From Eledone cirrhosa (Eukaryota): 64,000 nucleotides of DNA. Where the stretch lies: the NCBI GenBank assembly GCA_964016885.1, contig OZ024740.1, positions 341,558,001-341,622,000 on the forward strand, given 5' to 3'. The notes below the pieces were generated by a model. It made no database searches, was not told where the DNA came from, and saw only the letters and a program-made list of their open reading frames with translations. The translations under genes and the position numbers were made by a program. Positions 12,923-25,814 of the stretch are shown one piece after another. Positions within the stretch are counted from its first letter, which is position 1. Each line of letters starts with the position of its first letter.

Positions 12923-13621
12923 GTGTCCCATGTACGTCAAGACTCATCCTTTTTTCCATTCAGAATGATTTTTAAAATCCTAACTAACAGACTAATTCTA
13001 TTTAGTCAGCACAGTCCCAGCAACTACAACAGTCTTGCCAACAATAGGGCAGATGTATCTGGTACAACAAGCATATTAACAGCAAATATCCAGGGTCTTT
13101 ATCCGAAAACAAAACAGTGTAAAGTCCCTTTCTTGGAAGAATTAGCAACAGAAAGCAACTCCAAAATAATTGGAATTATTGAAAGTCATCTCAACGAAAA
13201 CATCCGCAACAGCGAAATCTCAATCAATGGATTCAACATCTTCAGATGTGATAGACAAGGCAGATCCCATGGGGGCGTTATCATGTATATCCATGATACC
13301 TATGCATGCATAGAACTTGTCAATGAATCAAATGCCTACTGCAACCTGCTGTGCATAAAAATCATCCAACTTAATACAGTTGTAACAATAATGTACAGAC
13401 CACCAAACAGCCCAACATTATCCTTCACTGAGCCACTGACAAAGCTCCAACAAATTCTGGGAAACATGGTGAGTCCAATGCCAGACATTATCCTCCTTGG
13501 TGATTTCAACTTCCCTAACATCATCTGGCCACATGGACACATACTAAAACTGGGGACAAAAGCTGAACAAATACAGGCAGCCAAACTGTTGGAAGTCACA
13601 GAGAAATTATACCTCAAATAA
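12923..13621 (+). CDS. LINE ORF2 apurinic-like endonuclease (APE) domain, ends at premature stop
   Basis: NIQGL, IESHL, RCDR..HGGV, YRPP, LGDFN motifs. Confidence 0.85.
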   Translation: MSHVRQDSSFFPFRMIFKILTNRLILFSQHSPSNYNSLANNRADVSGTTSILTANIQGLYPKTKQCKVPFLEELATESNSKIIGIIESHLNENIRNSEISINGFNIFRCDRQGRSHGGVIMYIHDTYACIELVNESNAYCNLLCIKIIQLNTVVTIMYRPPNSPTLSFTEPLTKLQQILGNMVSPMPDIILLGDFNFPNIIWPHGHILKLGTKAEQIQAAKLLEVTEKLYLK

Positions 13622-16060
13622 ATGATGACAGAAGCAACTAGAAATAATAATACGATCGACTTGGTTTTCACCAACAACGAGGACACGCTATTTGACCTTC
13701 ACTCAACCCCAACAATCCTTTCAGACCACAATATTATTGAAATGCATTTACACATTGGTAATGAGCCCAATGACACAACTCTTAAACAAAAGGACATGCC
13801 AAAGCTATGCAGGTATGATTATCACCAGGCAAATTGGGAAACTATTAACAACCAGTTACAAATCATTGACTGGGATCTCTATCTTACTGGGCCAGATAAA
13901 CACAAGAAATTCTTAAACAAGATCGAAGAAATATGTGCAAAAAATATTCCTCTTAAGAAAACCAAATCCACAAAAAAACCTGTACCACAGGAGCAAAAGA
14001 TCCTGATGCGCAAAAGGTCAAGACTAAGAAACAAAACATCTAAGCTGACATCAAAATATGAACTACAGAAAGTCCTTGACCAAATATACAGATTAGAAGA
14101 CAATCTAAAACAACACTATGATGAAGAACGTAACAATGCAGAAAAGAGAGCCATAGAAAACATCAAGAAAAATCCAAAATGTTTCTACAGTTTTGCAAAG
14201 AAATACTCGAATACCAAGTCAACAATAGGACCTCTCCAGAGACAAAATGGGGATGTAGTGAATAACCCTATTGAAATGGCAGAAATGTTGGGTCAACAGT
14301 ATGAAAGTGTCTTCAGTGAGCCATCTAAAACCATGAAGATCCATGACCCAGGAGAATTCTTCAAGGATATCGACCATACTAAACCTACCCTATCCGACAT
14401 TGATTTCAACCCAGAAGACATAGAAAGAGCCATAGACAAGCTCTCCATGCACTCGGCTGCGGGGCCTGATGGTTTCAATGCCATGATACTTAAAAACTGC
14501 AAGGTACAATTGTTGAAACCCCTTTACATGATATGGAAGGAATCTATGGAGAATGGCAAAATACCAAATACATATAAAGAAGCACACATAACTCCAATAC
14601 ATAAAGGGGACAGCAAATCAAAACCAAAGAACTACCGACCAATCTCACCGACATCACACATTATCAAGGTCTTCGAAAGAATAGTTCGTGGAAAACTGGT
14701 TGAGTTCCTGGAATCCAACAATCTGATGAATTGCAATCAGCATGGATTCAGGTTAGGTAGATCATGTCTTTCCCAACTACTGGCACACCATGACCAAATC
14801 CTAGAAAATCTAGAGAATGGATACAACACAGATGTTATTTACCTCGACTTTGCCAAGGCATTTGACAAGGTAGATCATGGCATCCTGGGACACAAACTTC
14901 GAAAGCTAGGAGTAGGAGGAAAAGTTGGTACATGGATACATGAGTTCCTTACAAATAGAACTCAAACAGTCACTGTGAATGGAACCCATTCAACACCATC
15001 ACCTGTGACCAGCAGTGTTCCTCAGGGTACAGTACTCGGCCCGATCCTGTTTCTCATCCTCATCTCTGACATAGATGAAGATACAACTAGCAACGTCTCA
15101 TCCTTTGCTGATGACACCAGGGTCATGAGACAAATCAAAGATGAGGTGGATACAGAGGCCTTACAAAAGGACCTAACCACCATATACAAATGGCAGGAAA
15201 CAAACATGTTGTTCAATGATAAGAAGTTTGAACTAATTCGCTACGGAACAGATCAAGATCTGAAAAATACAACAAACTACAGAAACCCATCAGGACAACA
15301 AATAATGGAAAAACAGTGTGTGAAAGATTTAGGCATCCACATGGGAACCAGCCTAAAATTCAGAGAACACCTTGACTCAGACTGTCTTACTGCAAGAAAG
15401 TACAGCGAGTGGATCTTGCGCACCTTCAAATCAAGAGATACCTCAACAATGAAAACCCTCTGGAACAGTATGGTACTTCCGAGGATTGACTACTGTTCTC
15501 AGTTGTGGTCACCAACAACAAAGGGCCAACTATCTAAGATGGAATCGCTCCAAAGAAATTTTACCTCATACTTCTCAGAAACGAGGGACCTGGACTATTG
15601 GCAAAGACTCAGAACCTTGAAGATGTACTCAATAGAAAGAAGATTTGAGCGATACCGAATTATATACATTTGGAAAATGATAGAGCAAAAGGTACCAAAC
15701 TTTGGTATCAAAACCTACCACTCACTGCGCCACGGAAGACGCTGCCAGCTACCACCAATCAACAAAAGGGCTGGCCAGGCAGCAAAAACCCTGCGAGAGT
15801 CAAGTCTGTTGGTTCGAGGGGCACAACTATTCAACTCCATTCCGGTACATGTCAGAAATCTATCAGGATGCAGTGTGGAATCATTCAAATTGCAGCTGGA
15901 TAGATACTTAAGCACCATTAGAGATGAACCCCATCTCCCAGGATATACACAACGAGCACAAACTGACTCAAACTCGCTCCTACACATGTCAAAATTAAAC
16001 AGAGAATCCAACCTGGCAACCACACCAGACTCTGAGGGTGGAGTCTTCGACTTGGCCTGA
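13622..16060 (+). CDS. LINE ORF2 remainder: APE C-terminus and reverse transcriptase
   Basis: IDLVF, SDHN, NYRPIS, QHGFR, YLDFAKAFDKVDH, VPQGTVLGP, FADD, KDLGI. Confidence 0.92.
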   Translation: MMTEATRNNNTIDLVFTNNEDTLFDLHSTPTILSDHNIIEMHLHIGNEPNDTTLKQKDMPKLCRYDYHQANWETINNQLQIIDWDLYLTGPDKHKKFLNKIEEICAKNIPLKKTKSTKKPVPQEQKILMRKRSRLRNKTSKLTSKYELQKVLDQIYRLEDNLKQHYDEERNNAEKRAIENIKKNPKCFYSFAKKYSNTKSTIGPLQRQNGDVVNNPIEMAEMLGQQYESVFSEPSKTMKIHDPGEFFKDIDHTKPTLSDIDFNPEDIERAIDKLSMHSAAGPDGFNAMILKNCKVQLLKPLYMIWKESMENGKIPNTYKEAHITPIHKGDSKSKPKNYRPISPTSHIIKVFERIVRGKLVEFLESNNLMNCNQHGFRLGRSCLSQLLAHHDQILENLENGYNTDVIYLDFAKAFDKVDHGILGHKLRKLGVGGKVGTWIHEFLTNRTQTVTVNGTHSTPSPVTSSVPQGTVLGPILFLILISDIDEDTTSNVSSFADDTRVMRQIKDEVDTEALQKDLTTIYKWQETNMLFNDKKFELIRYGTDQDLKNTTNYRNPSGQQIMEKQCVKDLGIHMGTSLKFREHLDSDCLTARKYSEWILRTFKSRDTSTMKTLWNSMVLPRIDYCSQLWSPTTKGQLSKMESLQRNFTSYFSETRDLDYWQRLRTLKMYSIERRFERYRIIYIWKMIEQKVPNFGIKTYHSLRHGRRCQLPPINKRAGQAAKTLRESSLLVRGAQLFNSIPVHVRNLSGCSVESFKLQLDRYLSTIRDEPHLPGYTQRAQTDSNSLLHMSKLNRESNLATTPDSEGGVFDLA

Positions 16061-16169
16061 GCATGGACTCAAACTCAAATGAAATGAAATGAAATGGCGT
16101 AAGCACACATTACTACCTAATTTTCAAATTCGCTAGCTGTTTGTAAACAAAGCCTGCTTTGTGTCTCCC

Positions 16170-16212
<43 letters not shown>

Positions 16213-16264
16213 TCATCATCATCACTGTTTAATGTCTATTTTCCATGTTTGCATGGGATATGTA

Positions 16265-16650
16265 TATCATCATCATCATCATCCCCATTTTACGTTCACT
16301 TTTCCATACTAGTATGGGTTAGACGAGTTGTCATGTTGTGGTCAATGTTAGGTCAGGTGACCATGTCTTGCTTATACAGAACTGATTTTGGATTGGTTTC
16401 TACAGCTGGATGCCCTTCCTAACACCAACCTCATTTACAGTGAGTGCTGGGTACTTTTTTTCTGTGGCGCCTACATGACCACGTTACAGTGTGGACTGGG
16501 TGCTTTTTGTCATGACACTTACATGTCCACTTTACAGTGTGGTCTGAGTGCTTTTTGGCGTGACACCTACATGATCACTTTACAGTGGGAGGGTGCGGGT
16601 GGAGGTGGCATACTGTGCATGCGTTTCAGCTTTGGCCTGAGTCCATGGGA
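16265..16650 (-). mobile_element. RTE-tail-type non-autonomous element with ~46-bp tandem repeats
   Basis: Paralogue of 9184-9530. Confidence 0.65.
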
Positions 16651-16763
16651 AGTCAGGTCTTCTGTATTATATATTTATATATAGTTAATAAATAAAACAA
16701 ACAAAACACAGGAGGCAATTTTTACAGTTATATTAGGTTCGTGTTTGGTGGAAGTAGAGGAGG

Positions 16764-16799
16764 TTTCAACGTTTCAGACAGAAGTCCTTCTTTAGGAAA
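16764..16799 (-). ncRNA. Decayed minimal type I hammerhead motif
   Basis: Minus tttc-CTAAAGA-aggac-ttct-gtct-GAAA-cg-TT-gaaa (core G5>A). Confidence 0.4.
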
Positions 16800-18329
16800 G
16801 TTTGAATAAAGAGAGAACAGATACACATAAGAATAGTTAGAGAAGAATAGAGAAGGAAATAAAAAAATATATATATTATTGAACCAACACTTCACAGATA
16901 AGGTCTAATATAACAGAAACAAATCTGGAGTTGTCTCCTTTACTTGCTGGGAAAATGAATGTGTAATGAGAGAAGCCTCAGTTTTGAGTAATCAAATAAA
17001 TTCTTCTCCCATTTGTAAATTCCAACACACACACCATTATGTATGTATGTATGCACAGGGACATGGAAATACTCAGTTTGGTGCATGAGTGCACGGTTAA
17101 CCCACTGGGAGTGAGAGACTACTAGTTCTTGTTAGTACATCATTCTAGGAGAAGGAAATATCTGATGTAAAACCAGTAACTCAATGATAGCCAATGATGT
17201 TGACCTGTTCTTCTTTTTGGATACCTGTCACTGTTGTTCAGAGAGTGGGATTAGTACAGTGCAAGGCTTTGCTTCACCTAAGAAAGCTTTGCATCACTGA
17301 AGCATAGGCACCATTTGATCTAAACAACTTTTGTGTATGTTACATGATCATAGCCTTTTCTTTTTTATTTCACTGTAGAGAAAGAAATCTAAGTCCTTGG
17401 AAAGGATAAATAATCATTTTTGTGCCACCCAAGTGTGAGAAAATGGTCAAGGGATGGCAATTCTTGAAACTGAGATGCAGTCACTATTTATTTATGTATG
17501 TACATATGCATGCATATATATGCATGTATATATATATATATATATATGTGTATGTGTGTGTGTGTGTGTATCTATGTCTTTGTATGTATTTATGTATGTA
17601 AATCTGTCTAAATACATAACTGTGTCAGTGCATATCTGCGTGTATATTATGTGCATGTCTGTGTATAAACTATAAGCTTTGAATATAATCTCTCTTCTAT
17701 ATTTCAATGATTCTAGAATGTGTTAACAGTTAAAAGATATTTTATAAAGAAGCAGTATTGTTTAAAATTCCTCTAAAAACTATAAAGTTAAAGAAATTTT
17801 GCACTTCATTCTTGCCATGTCTCTTTAGAGTTTCTACTTTCTGTCTCCAGAATTCTAACTTTTCTTCTGTTTTCACTTGAGAACTTTGTGAAATCCTGTT
17901 AAACTTTGCTTGTGTTTCATAGACCCACCCATTTCTTTAATTCCAACAGATTTTGGCCAAACAAACAACTGTAAACCTTCATGCTCTGTTTTTGTATAAA
18001 TAATTATACAATATCAATTACATCCTTATAACTGTATGCATGTGTATATGTACTTATATATGTGTACATGTATGGTCTCCCCCCTCTCTCTCTGCATATA
18101 TATATATATATATATATTGGCAGCAATGTTTTAACATACACTTTCCTTGCTAGCAAGGATATATATATATGTACTGTTTGTAAGCATACATGTACTCTCT
18201 ATATATGTATATGCCTATGTGCATATATTATATATGTGTGTATAATATAATTGTACATGTTGTAAGATTGATATCTGTGAGTGTGTGCATTGTTCTTATA
18301 TAGGAACCTATGTAAATAAATGTGAGTTG

Positions 18330-18387
<58 letters not shown>

Positions 18388-18390
<3 letters not shown>

Positions 18391-18650
18391 AAGAAACGGA
18401 TTTGGAAACTCTGCTTCGTAGAATCGAGATGTATCTGAGGATCTTGCGATTTCAGAGTCAGGTTCGATCATTGTATCGATCGTGCCTTGAGCTGGTCGCC
18501 AGAGAAACGATTGTAATATGTCTAATAAATTTTATTCGTCGCACCACTGATTCTTCGTTACTTATGTGATATTATACTCTGCCCTGTAAGAACATCGAGT
18601 GCTCAAACGGCATACTGCTTACGGACGCTTTAAGTATCCCAGACCAATTA
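18388..18650 (+). mobile_element. TA-embedded non-coding HHR element (Penelope pLTR/retrozyme-like)
   Basis: Between (TA)n tracts, contains HHR; its 3' tail recurs inverted at 50520-50572. Confidence 0.65.
18427..18523 (+). ncRNA. Type I hammerhead ribozyme with extended (~62-nt) stem II
   Basis: agatgtat-CTGAGGA-tcttgcga...tcgccaga-GAAA-cgattg-TA-atatgtct; 8-bp stem I with 2 G-U; cleavage predicted after A18515. Confidence 0.75.
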
Positions 18651-18671
18651 TATATATATAGTGTGTATTAT

Positions 18672-19005
18672 ATAATTGTTTCTACTTTTGGCACAAGGCC
18701 AGCAATTACCCAGTACATTACTGGTACTTTATTTTATTGACCCCACAAGGATGAACAGCAAAGTTAACCTCGGCGGGATTTGAACTCAGAATGGGAAGGG
18801 CCGTAACTCTATGCGTCAATATAATTGTTTCTACTTTAGGCACAAGGCCAGCAATTATCCAGTGCATTACTGGTACTTTATTTTATCGACCCCGTAAGGA
18901 TGAAAGGCAAAGTCAACCTCGGCGGGATTTGAACTCAGATCGTAAAGGGACGTAACTATGCTGGAAAGCATGGCGTCCGACCCTCTACCGATACTGCCAA
19001 TCCAC
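18672..19005 (-). mobile_element. Two tandem tRNA-SINE family B copies
   Basis: Family B at 18672-18815 and near-full 18822-19005. Confidence 0.85.
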
Positions 19006-19249
19006 ATAATGACTGATATGTCGTATCAACCATTATATAACATATAATGGTTGGTATGTTATGTATGATTTTCTTCTTCTTCTATATGATATATATATAA
19101 TGTATGGTTATATAGTATATGCTATGATATATGTGAAATGTATGATTATATAATATATGATATAATAAATATAAAATGTATGATTATACAATACATGTAA
19201 TGTTTTGTTTTTATTGGATTAGCTTAGAGAAATGTATTATGCACGTCAC

Positions 19250-19790
19250 AAAACTGGTGGGATAATATTTTTCTTGAAAAGTTGCAAGTCTTTGATTCCA
19301 AGAAAAACATGTACAGGGAGTGAATTACAGAAGGTCGATTTTTAGAGTGGAAAAACTGGTTAGTGTGGGACTAGGTGAAGAGATGAGCAGGGAGGAGATA
19401 AGAAAGTCTGGAGTGTCTGAGTAGAGGTGGTATGAGATCAACCAACTCTGGAGAAGAGAAGCCACTATAGTAGCAGTAGAAGGGAGAAAAAAGAAAGAAG
19501 ACAGTATGTCTACAGGTTACAAGTTGGAATATGTTGGCAACCAGAAGGCTATGGAGGAATGAAGAATTGTATTCTTTGTATTGGAGTGAATGTTGTTTGA
19601 GATGATGAAAAAGAAGTTAATGATGTATAGGAGGAAAACTGTGGAGGGAATACCCCGAAGCCTGGGTATACTAGAGTTGATAGGATGTATGACAAAGAGA
19701 GCTTTATCAGTACATGCCATGATGTGACCTGATAGGCAGCCACCAACCCAAGAAATCAATGTGTAACATAAGATTACATGATATAAGGAA
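19250..19790 (-). pseudogene. Highly degraded CR1/Jockey-group LINE RT fragment
   Basis: HPINSSIPRL..STVFLLYI resembles INSGVPQGS.LSPTLFLLYIN; frameshifts and stops. Confidence 0.5.
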
Positions 19791-22700
19791 GTAATGATTA
19801 ATGTGTAATGTATGATTATACAATACACAGAATATGTGTTGGACCTCCGTCAGTTTCAACAACCAGTGTTCCACTTGTTCAAACAAAGGAACAGCCTGCT
19901 TGTAAAATTAATGTATATTCCACTGACACATAGTTCTCAGGGAGATTCACTATAACTCTGTGTGTGACAAGGAATGACTTATTTTTGCCAGCTTCATGAA
20001 CTGGAGTAATGTGAAATAAGGTGTCTTGTTCAAGGATGTAATGCATGGCAGGGAATTGAACTCATGACTTTAGGATTATGAACCAAACATTCTAACCACC
20101 ATATACCTTCACACATAGAATGTATGGTTGTTTAATAGATCTCAGTGCGCATGTTGCATCTTTCAATATAGATATAGAACTTTGTAAAAGACTTGCAGGC
20201 GATCACTATATCACCAATACAATATTCTTCTCTAAATATGAAGGACATAATTCTCAATAGATTGCTTTCTTCCCAGGCTTAGACAACAACATAAACTGCC
20301 ACTCTTGTTATTGTTATTTATGAAGCACCCATTAGTTATACAGTGCTCCCACTATCAAATATTATTGACTATATCTCTGCATGACATATATCTATATCAT
20401 CTTTATCACCAACCTCACAACCCCCATCCTCATCTTCATCATGTTACACCTGCATTCCATTGTAGCATGGGTTGAACAGGTCCTCAGGCTGCAAATCAGT
20501 AGTTATTTGGAGTTACTACACTCCTAGATGTGTTATGGGGACCAAATATAATTCATACATTTCAATTTTGGCATGGTTTCTATGGCCAGATGCCCTTCCT
20601 AAAACTAACCACTTTAAAATGCTTTTAAGTGTATACTAAGTAAATTTTATTATGGTATCAACACTAATGGGGTTGTCATGTCCTCAATAAAATTAAAAAG
20701 TATACTCTACCCTAAAGTGTCACCATTCGACTGTCAGCCATGTTACAGAGTGTATTGGGTCCATTTTATCATGTCACCAACACTAGAGAAATTCACTTGC
20801 CTCTATATGGCTGTTCACTCTTCTCCAAGGAAGACCATTACTGGCTTTTAAGAGATTTGTACTTTCAACAGTGGCACTTTAAGTCTGCCAGACTCCTTCA
20901 TCTTTTGCTAGACCTTACAAACAAATCTGCACACCAGAATGCAGAGTTGCATGCATTCAGGCTAGGTATCCACTTTGGTGATACCTTCTTCTCTCCCATC
21001 TTGTTGGCCATGAGAAGTGTCATAGGTTCTTCCTTTCCCTCACTTACTAAAAACAGTAAAAGACATAAAATAAAATAAAAACAAACCAAAACAATTGTTT
21101 TTTATTTTGTCACTATTTGCTGCTCAGTGGCCCTAAAAGTGACACCTAACTCTTCATGGCTCACTATCCCAGGTCATGTAGGAAAGAAAGGATTTTGACG
21201 ACTCCCAACAGAGAAAATGGGTAATTCGTAATGTGAAAGTTTTTGAAAAAGTGATCTATATATATATATATGGTAGGCTTCTGTACTGTTTCAGTCCACA
21301 AAATTCACTTATGAGGCATTGGTGAATCCAAATCTACAACAGAATATATTTGCACATGATGCTATATAGTATGACTGAACCCAAAACAATATGGTGGCAA
21401 AATAAACTCCTTAACCACACAGCCATGACTGTACTTAATCTGAAGATATCTAAAAAGAGGAGTTGCTAGAAGTATTTCATCTTTAACCTTTTTGAAACTA
21501 TATATTTTAACGGTCATATATAAATTATCATCTTCCAATATAAATTTATCAGAACCATATGTTAAGTTACTATCTTGGTATTAAAATAATTAATCATTTT
21601 TGAAAATAAAATCCTCCAAGATACTTCATTAATTAATTGAAATAAAGTATATTTCATTAGATATACAGTCACCAAAGTGTTAATCTAGTATTCCAGTTGA
21701 TTACTTATAGAATTTAATCAGTGTTCACCTTGTTTACTTGATAGGGTCCAGATGTTGACAAGTTCTCTCACTAGTTTAGCTTTTTAAAAAAAACAAACAA
21801 AACAAAAATAATCAAAACAACCAACAACAAACAAAAACACACAAAGCAAGAAACCAAAGACCTATCAATGTTTAGACATTGGTTGAAAAACTGTTATATG
21901 ATTTAATCCTGTTTTTTCAGGCCACTATTTTTACTTCTAGGTTTTATGACGCACATATACACATATACATACAAACTACTTCCACATGCACACACACACT
22001 CACACACGCTCACACACACACACATGTAATATACACATATGCACACATCTGCACGCATACATCATACTCTTACACATGCAACATAGGTAATTATAAATAT
22101 TCCTAGCTTTCACTACACATACACACACACACTCTCCCTCTCCCACACACACACTCATACACTCACATACACATACAAACACATATACACACCCTACACT
22201 TATACATAAATTCTCTCTCTCTCACATCTTTCTCTGTTTTTTCTCTAACATACATAATACGCATCCGTGCCTGCACATGTTTCTACGCAGAAATAAATAT
22301 ATACACAAGCAATATATCCAATCAAATTTATTTATTCCTGTTTGGCCAAGAATTTTTGGTGCTATTTATTTCTACTTTCTTTTTTCATGTTTGTTTATTC
22401 AATGGTTTTTTTAACATCTCTGTTTGGAATCTGGCCGATAAATGGCTTCCTTTTACTACCATTCACTTTTAATAAATTGATTTCATTGGTCTTTGAGTGT
22501 TGCATATTTAAATATTAAATTAACAGTCCTCACCATCTAACCCTTACTATATACAATAGGTTCTCTTCTACTTCACCATTACCTTCGCCATCACCATCAC
22601 CACCAGTGAAAAAAAATCAAAATGGCATCTACATAGAACTGCATGTTATTTTACTTAAGAGTTTGGGATCTTGTTTATTTCCTTTTCTTTTTGTTATTTC

Positions 22701-23239
22701 TAACTTTTCACCCTGTTTAGGTTCAAGGGTTACAACTATCTTTTCCCTTAACCCCCTCCACCACTGACACATGCACACACATACACACACACAAACACAT
22801 GTACATATGTACACACATACACAAACGTACACATAGTCACATCTAGAAATATACTGATATCAACACTGAACATAATTTTGGGGTTGCATTTTATTCTAGC
22901 TAAAATGTTACCAAAATAGGAACTTATTATAATTGATTTCTAACATAAGCTCAAAGACTCCAATTTGGGGAGAAAGGAACAGTTGAATATATTACCCCAA
23001 GTACTTAACTGGTACTTTACTTTACTAAACTCAGAAAGATGAAAGTGAAATTTGACCATGGTGGAATTTGAACTCAGAAGATAAGGAGCTGGAACAAAAA
23101 GAACAAGACATTTGCTACCATTTTATGTATACTTCATTGATTCCGTGACAATACAGAGCTTCTGTAACAGTTTTGGGATTGATGGTGGTTGTGCTTAAGT
23201 ATATATACTGTACGTGTGTGTTATTATTATTAGCTCACA

Positions 23240-23428
23240 CTATTGGTAGAGCGTCAGACAACCTGCTTCTTGGCACAGAGTTACGGCCCTTTGCGTTCTT
23301 TGTTCAAATCCTGCCAATGTTAGCCTTATGAGTTTGATAAAATACAGTACCAGTCATGCACTGGGTTGATTTAATTGACTTTTCCTCCCCAAAATTGCTG
23401 GCCTTGTGCCTAAAGTAGAAATCATTAT
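23240..23428 (+). mobile_element. tRNA-SINE family B with ~16-bp TSD
   Basis: Flanked by attattagctcacact on both sides. Confidence 0.75.
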
Positions 23429-23429
23429 T

Positions 23430-24238
23430 AGCTCACACTTTTTTTATCACCAATATGTGACTAAGAAATTAAAAACATGATCATACGAACATATTTAGAG
23501 TCAATAGAAAATGAGTTTAGAAAAACAAAAGCACTAGTATATTGAATCAAATTATTAGAAAGCCACTTAGAATCAGATGTCTTGTAATTCTTCTCTGTTG
23601 TGATTGTTTCACCAGAATTCAGAAAGTTATAGTGGATTAATCTGGCTGTGGACCACCAAACTGTCACCATAACATTTTTTTGGTGCAACTTCAGCTTTTG
23701 GGAGTGTTTAGGAGCTTCATATCAGTTCAACCTCTGAGTTTAATATCATTGGTTGCTGAATAACATCCACTTTTTATCACATGTCACAATGCATTGTTTG
23801 ATCAAACAATGAATCATTTTTATGATTTTCATTCAATTTATGTAGCACCCATTTTTGAGCTTTGATGTTCCAATTCACTTCAAATGTTCAGAAATTGTTC
23901 CAGTGCTTACATCTGTCTTTCTTTCAACCTCTTGAGTAGTTGTGTGAGAATTTGCTTCCACCAAACACTTCAATTTATCATTGCCAGTGGCAGAAGGATG
24001 TCTGCAACTTTTTGTTAACTTCATGAGTTAATTCAAGGTGAAAATACTACTTTGACATATTAACTTCATAGATCTGAAGATTGACAAAAATGCAATTCAT
24101 ATTAAAAATGAATTACATAGCAAGAAAAAGTATAAAATAAGCTTTAAAATTACACACCTCTTGTGTGAGTTTTATTCTTAAAAAAATGTTGAAACAAATG
24201 AAAACATAAAAGCTGTATTATTTTCTAATCATCTGTAT
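23430..24238 (-). pseudogene. Degraded mariner (Tc1/mariner) transposon
   Basis: IVTCDKKWML and KLHQKNVMVTVWWSTARLIHYNFLNSGETITTEK mariner transposase motifs. Confidence 0.8.
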
Positions 24239-24351
24239 GTATATATACAAAGCGAGTCAACAAATGAACAGGAAAACAAAAACAAAATAGAATATGACAC
24301 AAATTGAGACTATTAACTTAACATTGTTGAGAAGTGGGAAAATATTGAATA

Positions 24352-24497
24352 CTAGCAGAATGGCCCGGCGTTGCTTGGGATTTGCTCTAGGGTTCTTATA
24401 TATTTGATATATATTTATCCTTATCGAGCCTCGTGAAATAAATACGTTTGTTTATATTTTGTTATTGTGTATACAAAAATATCTCTACACGAATATA

Positions 24498-24552
<55 letters not shown>

Positions 24553-24690
24553 CAGTACACAGAAGTACGGAATACCTCGGCCTTGGGATGGTGTCTACAT
24601 TTTTTGCTTCGTTTCAGGATGTGCCCTTCTTAAAAAAAATACAGAGAAGGCACAGAAAGTAGAGAAACATATATATATATATAGAGAGAG
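24352..24690 (-). mobile_element. Non-autonomous Helitron (3' end at left)
   Basis: Minus cccaagcaacgccgggccattctgCTAG|t: subterminal hairpin plus CTAG; shares blocks with 26680-26942. Confidence 0.65.
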
Positions 24691-24814
24691 ATATGTAAAA
24701 TACCAACTACTTGGTGCCGCAATTGGGATTTTACATATCTCTATACCACCCTGCACCTCCCCATGCATTGAGTGCTCCCATGATTAGTGGTCTCCTCAGT
24801 CTCAGCACCACAGA

Positions 24815-24851
<37 letters not shown>

Positions 24852-24852
<1 letters not shown>

Positions 24853-25039
24853 AGAGGAACCAGTAAGACCCCGACAGCTGAGCTCAAGCCGTTTCGACGG
24901 CTAATTCAGAATTAGCCGTCGAAACGGCTTGAGCTCAGCTGTCGGGGTCTTACTGGTTCCTATTACCCACTCTACTACCTCAAGTATTGAGTACTTTGGT
25001 GCGTTATGGTCCACCTGGTTCCTTACCACATTTCCTTCG

Positions 25040-25043
<4 letters not shown>
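24852..25043 (+). mobile_element. Foldback family H, copy 3
   Basis: Essentially perfect hairpin 24855-24961 containing gccgtc-GAAA-cggcttgagctcagct-GTC-ggggt, then shared tail and (TA)n. Confidence 0.8.
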
Positions 25044-25075
<32 letters not shown>

Positions 25076-25272
25076 GAGAATATCTGTCTGTCTGGACTCC
25101 CTAAAACTCGAGAACCACCCAACCGATTGTTTTCAAACTTTACACATGTAATATTTATGGTCCTGTGAGTGTTTTGAGCTAAAAATATTCAAATTTTCAA
25201 TGCCCTAGGGACTGCATTAGGCGATTTATTGATCTCTCTCTATAATTCTTAGTCTTTCTTTTTAGATAGATA

Positions 25273-25545
25273 TGTAATGTCTGGGTCACCAATGTGACGG
25301 GACCAGTAAAGTGAAATCAGTTATGGGCCAGTGCTCGGCCAACACTATCCTTCTGGCTTTGGCATAGGAGTTCAGTGTATTGACATCTGTGTGATCTCGT
25401 GGTCCAAAGGCTGTCTGCTGTTTGCTGTCTCCGTGGCTTGTCTAGGAAAGTAATACTGCTGCTTACTAAAATAGTGTTCTCAACCAGGGGGAGACAACTA
25501 GGCCTGGTCCATTATCCGACAGGGGGCGTAAGGCGTCTTACTACA
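25273..25545. mobile_element. Probable solo LTR (273 bp)
   Basis: TGTAAT...ACTACA termini with 4-bp GATA duplication on both sides; GC-richer than flanks. Confidence 0.5.
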
Positions 25546-25814
25546 GATACATAGATATAACGTTGTGCCCTATAATATCTGTCTGTATGTCTGGCTGTCT
25601 GTATTACGACATATGACGCTATATATGTGTGTGTGTGTATATATGTATATATAGTGTGTGTATATATATATATATAGTGTGTAACGTTTTTCTAAATATT
25701 TACTTCTGTGTTCACAGATCGATTTTTTTAGTTTCAGAAGATCCTGTTAAGAGTGAAAGCAGCGATTCTTTGCTTACTCTGCTTAATTCTCTGCTTAATC
25801 TGTTATTTTAATGT

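Larger units (their letters stand above)
12923..16096 (+). mobile_element. CR1-group LINE, near-complete ORF2 with short 3'UTR and (GAAAT)n tail
   Basis: APE and RT ORFs in the same frame, separated only by TAA 13619-13621; gaaatgaaatgaaat at 16081. Confidence 0.9.

Noticed and set aside
20795-21050. Exon-like minus-strand segment with a good acceptor
   Set aside because: No frame stays open to a canonical donor; cannot be supported as CDS
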